A stretch of 64,000 nt of DNA from an uncultured archaeon (GTDB lineage Archaea > Asgardarchaeota > Thorarchaeia > Thorarchaeales > Thorarchaeaceae), in assembly GCA_964458565.1 (NCBI GenBank), contig CAYWJO010000003.1, positions 1 to 64,000 of the forward strand, written 5' to 3'. The position numbers and the translations under genes were made by a program. The notes beneath the pieces are model-generated. The model made no database searches and was not told where the DNA came from. It was given only the letters and a program-made list of their open reading frames with translations. Shown here one piece after another: positions 57,974 through 64,000 of the stretch (position 1 is its first letter; each line of letters begins with the position of its first letter).

Positions 57974-58990
57974 ATGGAACCCAAGAAGGCAGCGGCAAAC
58001 GCTCTAGAAGCGGTGCTTGAAGCAAAACCTGGTGAATCGATTTTAATCATAACTGATGACGTCCAGAAGGAAGTTGGTCAAGCCTTTGCAGATGGAGCAT
58101 TGGAACTCGGTCTCTGGACAAGGTTAATTGTACTCAATACCAAAGCTGATGAACAAAGGACAGAAATTCCCCTTCATCTTCAAGAGATGATAAATTCGCC
58201 AAATCAACCTGAGATATTCATCAATACACTGAGAGGACATGCAGAGGAAACACCATTTAGAATCAAACTGATAAATTTAGAAACAAGAAAGGGGAGATCA
58301 AGACTCGGACATTGCCCAGGAATTACATTAGATATGATGACTGAAGGTGCTCTTTCACTCACCAGGGAAGAGAACACAGATATGCAGAATTTTGCTCGCT
58401 CCCTTTTAGCAATTCTTCAAGATGCTACAGAAGTACATGTCAAAGCACAAGCAGGTTCAGATTTTACTTTGGGAGTTAAAGGACGGACATGGTTCAGCGA
58501 CACTTACATCAATTGGAAGGACATGAAGTGGATGAATCTACCAACCGGAGAAGTATTGGTTGGACCGATAGAAACCTCAATGAATGGGATACTTGTGAGT
58601 GACCTGGCAGTCGGAGGAATTGGACCTCTGAAACATCCCGTGAGTGTAGAAGTGAAAGATGGTAAAGTTCAGAGAATCGGGACTGAAGACAAAGAAGCAC
58701 TCAGAATCATAGAAGAAGCACAAGCTACAGACACTATGGCAAAACATGTAGGAGAATTTGCTTTCGGTTTGAATCCGAAAGCCCGGATTGTTGAGGAATT
58801 CCTTGAGTCTGAGAAGGTAGGAAGTGCAATTCATGTAGCATTTGGTAATAACATGGACTACCCCGGAGTAGTTGCAAACAACTCCGCAAACCATCAGGAT
58901 TTCTTGGTTGACAAACCAACAGTCACAATAACATATTCGGATGGACGTACAAGAGTTGTGATGGAGAATGGGAAACTCATTATTGATTAG
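57974..58990 (+). CDS. Aminopeptidase (M29/thermophilic metalloprotease-like)
   Basis: KPGESILIITD, NLPTGEV, GEFAFGLNP, ESEK..HVAFGNN, HQD. Confidence 0.88.
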   Translation: MEPKKAAANALEAVLEAKPGESILIITDDVQKEVGQAFADGALELGLWTRLIVLNTKADEQRTEIPLHLQEMINSPNQPEIFINTLRGHAEETPFRIKLINLETRKGRSRLGHCPGITLDMMTEGALSLTREENTDMQNFARSLLAILQDATEVHVKAQAGSDFTLGVKGRTWFSDTYINWKDMKWMNLPTGEVLVGPIETSMNGILVSDLAVGGIGPLKHPVSVEVKDGKVQRIGTEDKEALRIIEEAQATDTMAKHVGEFAFGLNPKARIVEEFLESEKVGSAIHVAFGNNMDYPGVVANNSANHQDFLVDKPTVTITYSDGRTRVVMENGKLIID

Positions 58991-59618
58991 AAGAGTTCTC
59001 ATAATTCAAGAGGTCTCTACGTAATGCAGCTGCAGTTGATCTAGCTATTCGTATAGGCTCAGGAATCCGGCCTTCAAGAGTAAACGCATTTACAAGTCGT
59101 AATCCCTCTTTATTCGTGATTCCTGTGCAGTTGAGGTATAATGAATAACCATTATCGAGTTCCACTTTCTGACGCTCACCATTCCGATTGATGGCTTCTT
59201 CACGTTCTCTCCAATCATCAGGGAAATATTCTCTTACATACTTCTCTAAACCTTCAGAATCATAATATGAAACACTAATTATGGGAATGGCTGTTTCTTC
59301 GAACAATCTTCTGTTATCAATGATATTGAACCATGATATGATACCACCACCTAGCATCCAGAATCTGATATCATCACGCTTCATTCTTATGAACATAGAA
59401 AGGATTTCGTCTGTTGCATCAACACCACCTATAGTTGGCCTGCAATATCCAAAACCATCAATACGAAAATCCCCACGCATCACTACACCTACAACATTGC
59501 TCCAATTATCATCTCGATGAAAACTCTCAGCCACGCCAAGCATACGAACGCCTTTCTTCCATTGCGTGTTTTTTCTTGGTCCAGGGACCTTATCAGATGT
59601 TAGTTTTACGGACGCCAT
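58980..59618 (-). CDS. DUF99-family protein (endonuclease V-like fold)
   Basis: KKGVRMLGVAESF, GVVMR.D..IDG, G.DAT, SWFNIID, RIPEPIRIAR. Confidence 0.88.
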   Translation of the reverse strand: MASVKLTSDKVPGPRKNTQWKKGVRMLGVAESFHRDDNWSNVVGVVMRGDFRIDGFGYCRPTIGGVDATDEILSMFIRMKRDDIRFWMLGGGIISWFNIIDNRRLFEETAIPIISVSYYDSEGLEKYVREYFPDDWREREEAINRNGERQKVELDNGYSLYLNCTGITNKEGLRLVNAFTLEGRIPEPIRIARSTAAALRRDLLNYENSSNQ

Positions 59619-59662
59619 TTATATTCCACAATCAACTTGTACGTTTTCAGATAAAAGGCATG

Positions 59663-60877
59663 TCACAACCATTCAAAAGCATCATTCCAAGTTACACTCG
59701 ACGCTGAATAAGGATTGAGATATATAGTCTTGAAGAACTCAACTTCTTTGCCCTTTGCTTTAGCTTTATCAAATGTTGGTTTTACAAATTGCGTACGACC
59801 TATATAGTAAGTAAAGATGTAAGGTGCCCAAAAGTTTAGACTTCCATCTGGATTCATTGGACGCATGAAAGCAATCGAATTCTTGGCATCATCTTCTGGC
59901 CTTATTTGTTTCTCAGCAATGTAACTTATCGTTTCCTCAATTGTGAAATTATCTCGATTCATGAAGAGAGCTGCATTGATAGACACCATCCTAGCTAGCT
60001 TATACAAGACATCCACAGCTTTTGTTGAAGGATCAGTATCTTTTAGTCCAAGAAATTCCTTGGCTGTATCGGCAGTACCTTCGGATATAACACATCGACC
60101 TGTGTGAAGTGGTACCACTGTTAAATCAAGCAAGTCATTATCCAGATAGGCTTTTTCTCTCCATAGATTCGAAACATGATGTTCGTATTCATGGTAGATA
60201 ACAGCAAGAAGGTTATGTTTATTCATGGGCCGATCAATGTTGAACTCATTCACAGAACGAAATCCCCCTTGATAGTAGTTGTATCCACTCCAAGGTTCAT
60301 CACGGACAGTGCGATACTCGACTCCATTATCAGTAACTTCAGTACCCATGTACTTGTAGATGTTCTCTCTAAACTGATTAGCAACTTCTTTTGATTTGGG
60401 TTGCAGCTGATTCAGAATCACATCTTTCAAAGCTTCACCCCTCACCTCTCCTTCAGCCCTGAATCTAGTAATTCTATCTTCAAGAGACCCATCCATATAG
60501 GACAGTGCCTCATCAACCTCAATATGTGCATCCTCAATTTCCTTCTCTGAGAATTCTTGAAGTTTGATACTAAATAGATTTTCAACAAGTTCAGTATATG
60601 GAATTTCCTCACCACTCAACCAGTCGACGACAACCTTAATGGAATTTACCTCACCGATTATACACTTTTTACGAAGCTCTGGTGTAACTTCATCTAGATC
60701 ATCAATCAAGGACGAAAGATTTCTTGATATTTCTTCAGCAGGTAGTCCAGTTGCTTGCTTCTCTGGAGATAAATCATCAGGTCCAAAATACGCATCAACT
60801 AGTGGGATTCCAGTTACTTTTTTGGTGAAGTTACTTGCTTCTCCACAGAGTCTTACGTATCGCTCTAAGGTGTCCAT
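59663..60877 (-). CDS. DUF885-like / gluzincin-type HExxH protein
   Basis: VDAYFGP, WSGYNYYQG, HEYEHH with downstream ISEG, FTYYIG. Confidence 0.7.
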   Translation of the reverse strand: MDTLERYVRLCGEASNFTKKVTGIPLVDAYFGPDDLSPEKQATGLPAEEISRNLSSLIDDLDEVTPELRKKCIIGEVNSIKVVVDWLSGEEIPYTELVENLFSIKLQEFSEKEIEDAHIEVDEALSYMDGSLEDRITRFRAEGEVRGEALKDVILNQLQPKSKEVANQFRENIYKYMGTEVTDNGVEYRTVRDEPWSGYNYYQGGFRSVNEFNIDRPMNKHNLLAVIYHEYEHHVSNLWREKAYLDNDLLDLTVVPLHTGRCVISEGTADTAKEFLGLKDTDPSTKAVDVLYKLARMVSINAALFMNRDNFTIEETISYIAEKQIRPEDDAKNSIAFMRPMNPDGSLNFWAPYIFTYYIGRTQFVKPTFDKAKAKGKEVEFFKTIYLNPYSASSVTWNDAFEWL

Positions 60878-60936
60878 TGAAATCAATAATTCAATCAGAG
60901 GTCATCTATTTAACATCTATTGAAGACAAAATCAAA

Positions 60937-61692
60937 CTAAGCTCGAATACTGAATGTTGCCCATTTATTCTCAGTCCCATCCTTATTACACAAAGTGAAT
61001 GTAGCATCTTCCCTTGTCAACTCGATTCTTGTATGAAGCTGGGATGTTGCACCTCGAATTCGTCTTGATAGCAGGGTTCCAGTTGTGCAGAATATTATAT
61101 CATTGAGACGCCAAATCCACGGGACGTGACGATGGCCACTCAAAACAAGAGAGCATCCTGAATCATCAAGAACTCCCAAAACATCACCGGCATCTTCGAG
61201 AACATTGTGTTCTCGCCCTGTATGAGGGACCGGTAGGAGATGATGATGTAATGCAAGAATACGAATCTTGTCCTTAGCCCTACCAAATAGGTCCTTGATT
61301 TGAGGATATCTTTCACGACCTAGGTGACCAGCATCATTGTCAGGCTCAGCGGTGTCAGCACCATATAGAACGATGCTCTCATCTTCGAATATCTTGAAAC
61401 GTTCGCCAAATAGTTTCTCGAAATGAATAGAACCATAATTTCGCTCATCATGGTTACCAGGAATTATGACTGTTGGGAGATTGAATCCGTCAATACCCCT
61501 CTGGAAGTATTCGTACTCGTCCTTTAATCCTTCACTTGTCAAATCGCCGGTAATTACTAAGAGAGGTGAAATACAATCACTAGCTGTTTTTTCAATCTTG
61601 TCCAGAATATCACGGAAGTCCTCAATCGTGACACCGTATTCTCCAACATGAATATCACTCATATGAAAAATAGTTTTCACGATTTTGCCCAA
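60937..61692 (-). CDS. Calcineurin-like metallophosphoesterase (CpdA/Icc-like)
   Basis: SDIH, TGDLT, PGNHD, LHHH, LSGHRH; TTG start abuts the upstream stop. Confidence 0.9.
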   Translation of the reverse strand: MGKIVKTIFHMSDIHVGEYGVTIEDFRDILDKIEKTASDCISPLLVITGDLTSEGLKDEYEYFQRGIDGFNLPTVIIPGNHDERNYGSIHFEKLFGERFKIFEDESIVLYGADTAEPDNDAGHLGRERYPQIKDLFGRAKDKIRILALHHHLLPVPHTGREHNVLEDAGDVLGVLDDSGCSLVLSGHRHVPWIWRLNDIIFCTTGTLLSRRIRGATSQLHTRIELTREDATFTLCNKDGTENKWATFSIRA

Positions 61693-61842
61693 CTATCTTC
61701 CGCCTCCGGACACACAGGCACTATGACATGCACTGTGACAAGCAGAGTGACATACGCAAGCACTATGGCATGCACTATGGCAAGCTGAATGGCAAGCATC
61801 GTGTGATACACAGGCACTATGACATGCATCATGGGATACACA
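61693..61842 (-). repeat. Coding repeat: CVSHDACHSA x2, further CHSA units (7 CHSA in total), ending GGGR
   Basis: 49-aa tail with 11 Cys and 9 His; codons differ synonymously between units. Confidence 0.92.
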
Positions 61843-63870
61843 TCTACTTGTTCCTTCGATGATTGGTTTCAAAGGTTCACTGATAATCTGACCTACTCCA
61901 TTTACTACATCACCAATAGTGTTGGTAACATTGCCAATAATCTGGGATGTAGTAGAGGCTATGTCACCGACGGCACGACCAACACCATCCACGGCATGGC
62001 CTGTTGCAGTGGAAAGATCCTGAAACCACTGTGGAATCTGGGGCGTACCGAAAGATGGTCCAGGGTCTCTAAAGACCCGACCGATATCACGATCATGCCT
62101 TGGGTGCATATAGATCCAATACCAAGCCCACCCATATGTACGATATGGTCTGGTGAAGTAGTACTCTGTGCGACCGTCAACAGTGGGATTGGATGCCAAT
62201 TCGTCCCATGCACCATCAACCATCTCTTCATGATGTTCTTTGGTTGCCTCGAAATCAGCATCCCAGGATTTCTCTTGCACCTTATTGGCTATCTCTTCAA
62301 TCATGTCTTCAAGTAATTCTGGGTCTAGTTCATCGTCCTTTATTGCATCAACAAGCAGTTGCTCATAGTATGTGAGTTCTTCAAGTTTGATTCCGGTATC
62401 TGAAAGTTTCAAGGGATCAGTAGAGATGACCCGTACAGTACCTTTTTTCACACAGGACATGAGTATCATAGAAACTAATTTTTGTCTGCTCGTGTTCACG
62501 AAAAATGCAGATTCAACGGGGTCTAAATCTGCAACTGTACCTGGAGTCCCGTAAGTTTCAATCCCAATCTCAGGACTTGTATATCCTGTCGTTGTATCGG
62601 TTTTTTCCCATTTTGCACCATATGGATTGACTACACGTTTGTAGGTGGTATAAATCAATGCGAGTAACAGACTCCCACCGATTCCAAAGACAATGAGGAG
62701 AGTCAAAGTATCAGCATCAATCAGAGGTGGAATGAACTCAGTCACATAAATATCGACAGTAAAACCGATCCAATCACTGAAATTGAGATTCGAAGCGGAG
62801 ATGACAACTCCAATTGGGATTATCTCAGGTACATTTGCTGGAAGAATCATGAATTCCAATTCTCTTGACTCTCCTGCGATTAAATCACCGATGTTTGTTG
62901 GATCAGAACCAGAAAGGAGTGTAAGGTTCTCTGGAATAGTCAGGTCTACAACAACATCTTCAAGGGTATCATCTCCAAAATTGAAGACATTGAATGATAG
63001 TATGAATTCTTCATCTGCATATGCATTGATTTGATAGCTTGAAATTGAATATCCGATAACGCCAGGTTCAATGAAAGGTGCGTAAAATGTCCAATTAGTG
63101 TAATGCCAAACACGAAAGTGGTCGTACGCGTCAAGGGAATTATGTGCGAGAACAACTGTGAAGTATCGAGGACTTGCTCCGGAATTGAAGGGATAGGCGA
63201 GTAATTCTTCATAATCGTATTCAACTTGTACAGTGTGTGGTTGATTCCAGATGCCTCTCTCTGTGTCTTCAACATATCCAGCGTATGCTGCACCTGAAGC
63301 ATTTATACCATGGTCGAGTGAAATCCATGAGGGATCCATCTCAATTGGATAGATTACTTGAACCTGCTCATAATCAATAGGGTGATCCCATTCAACAGGA
63401 GCCCAATTGAAGACTCCCAAATCACCATAAGTTGTACTTGTTGTTTTCACTATTATCCGTTCTGTGCTGAAGTATCCGAATACTACCTGAACAGTATCAC
63501 CGGTTTGCGCCCTATCGGGGTCATCCATAACATAAGGCTCAGACCAATCTAGGTAAAACCCACCGCCGTATGGATCGCGATCCAGAGTTTTACGGTTTCC
63601 ATCAACGATTGCATATGCTCTACTCGTATCATATTGGTAATTCTCCTGAATACCCTCGATAAAGAGACCTCCCATTGAACCACTCGTTACGGTAAGTGTA
63701 ATCCAATATGTGACATTGATTCGACCATTTGGCATGACGACAACGTCAACATACACACTTTCAAGATCATATGCAAGATCCTGACTCAGAACAGGATTAG
63801 CATATGTACACGGAATCAATGTCAAGAGAAAGACGAACGCAATTACAGTTTTCATGTGTAGATATCTCAT
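61693..63870 (-). CDS. DUF2207-like single-pass membrane protein with Ig-like domain and Cys/His-repeat C-terminal tail
   Basis: Signal peptide; VDVVVMPNGRINVTYWIT; CARDB/NEW3-like Ig domain; TM; LDPVESAFF..ILMS.VKKG.V; ends in (CHSA)n..CVSGGGR. Confidence 0.8.
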   Translation of the reverse strand: MRYLHMKTVIAFVFLLTLIPCTYANPVLSQDLAYDLESVYVDVVVMPNGRINVTYWITLTVTSGSMGGLFIEGIQENYQYDTSRAYAIVDGNRKTLDRDPYGGGFYLDWSEPYVMDDPDRAQTGDTVQVVFGYFSTERIIVKTTSTTYGDLGVFNWAPVEWDHPIDYEQVQVIYPIEMDPSWISLDHGINASGAAYAGYVEDTERGIWNQPHTVQVEYDYEELLAYPFNSGASPRYFTVVLAHNSLDAYDHFRVWHYTNWTFYAPFIEPGVIGYSISSYQINAYADEEFILSFNVFNFGDDTLEDVVVDLTIPENLTLLSGSDPTNIGDLIAGESRELEFMILPANVPEIIPIGVVISASNLNFSDWIGFTVDIYVTEFIPPLIDADTLTLLIVFGIGGSLLLALIYTTYKRVVNPYGAKWEKTDTTTGYTSPEIGIETYGTPGTVADLDPVESAFFVNTSRQKLVSMILMSCVKKGTVRVISTDPLKLSDTGIKLEELTYYEQLLVDAIKDDELDPELLEDMIEEIANKVQEKSWDADFEATKEHHEEMVDGAWDELASNPTVDGRTEYYFTRPYRTYGWAWYWIYMHPRHDRDIGRVFRDPGPSFGTPQIPQWFQDLSTATGHAVDGVGRAVGDIASTTSQIIGNVTNTIGDVVNGVGQIISEPLKPIIEGTSRCVSHDACHSACVSHDACHSACHSACHSACVCHSACHSACHSACVSGGGR

Positions 63871-64000
63871 TACTTCACTCCCTATCTATATCACATCATT
63901 CTGTAGATAAGAATCTCAGATGATATGGCTTGATTGCTTAATCACCACGTCTTGCTCTCAGAATGTCAGCCTGTGCAATTGTCAAATTAGATAGGTCGGC

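Noticed and set aside
61693-61842. CHSACH read as CX3CH multiheme cytochrome motifs
   Set aside because: The motifs overlap and share cysteines, the tail is predicted cytoplasmic, and no cytochrome c maturation genes are nearby
61693-61842. His-Xaa-Ser (HxsA) radical SAM system
   Set aside because: The repeat is C-H-S-A rather than H-x-S triplets and no radical SAM gene lies in the window; a partner outside the window cannot be excluded
1-64000. tRNA, rRNA, transposases, integrases, prophage or defence islands
   Set aside because: None recognisable; intergenic gaps are short and no cloverleaf or recombinase motifs were seen by eye (tRNAscan-SE and Infernal not run)

Overview
A gene-dense archaeal chromosomal segment with about 50 CDS. 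I found no rRNA, tRNA, CRISPR array or mobile element. An Asgard archaeon (Thorarchaeia-like) is the likely source; this is an inference from GGTGA/GGAGG ribosome-binding sites, frequent TTG/GTG starts, a TFS/Rpb9-type zinc ribbon, an archaeal GTPBP1-like GTPase, DUF99, CitG-like and PK_C-like genes, and a TPR-longin fusion. Housekeeping content includes hbd, two lysophospholipases, a P2A Ca2+-ATPase, an M24 peptidase, an MFS transporter, PadR-HAAS, grpE-dnaK-dnaJ, Sir2, gyaR, a nitroreductase, tldD-pmbA, ogt, DUF1015-serC, ClC, an orphan ABC substrate-binding protein, Usp, an M29 aminopeptidase and a metallophosphoesterase. The region is rich in proteolysis genes, with five membrane-anchored subtilisin (S8) proteases. 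Most notable: (1) an S8 protease whose post-catalytic domains resemble eukaryotic site-1 protease (MBTPS1/SKI-1); (2) a DUF2207-like membrane protein ending in a 49-aa tail with 11 Cys and 9 His built of (CHSA)n repeats, translationally coupled to a metallophosphoesterase and followed by an HExxH peptidase-like gene; (3) an SLC44/CTL choline-transporter-like membrane protein; (4) a TPR-longin gene next to a GTPBP1-like GTPase; (5) three Csp-like S8 paralogues with a DxDxDG-repeat insert, one apparently starting at CTG; (6) recurrent hairpin plus U-tract terminators. All homology calls come from motif recognition by eye; no searches were run.
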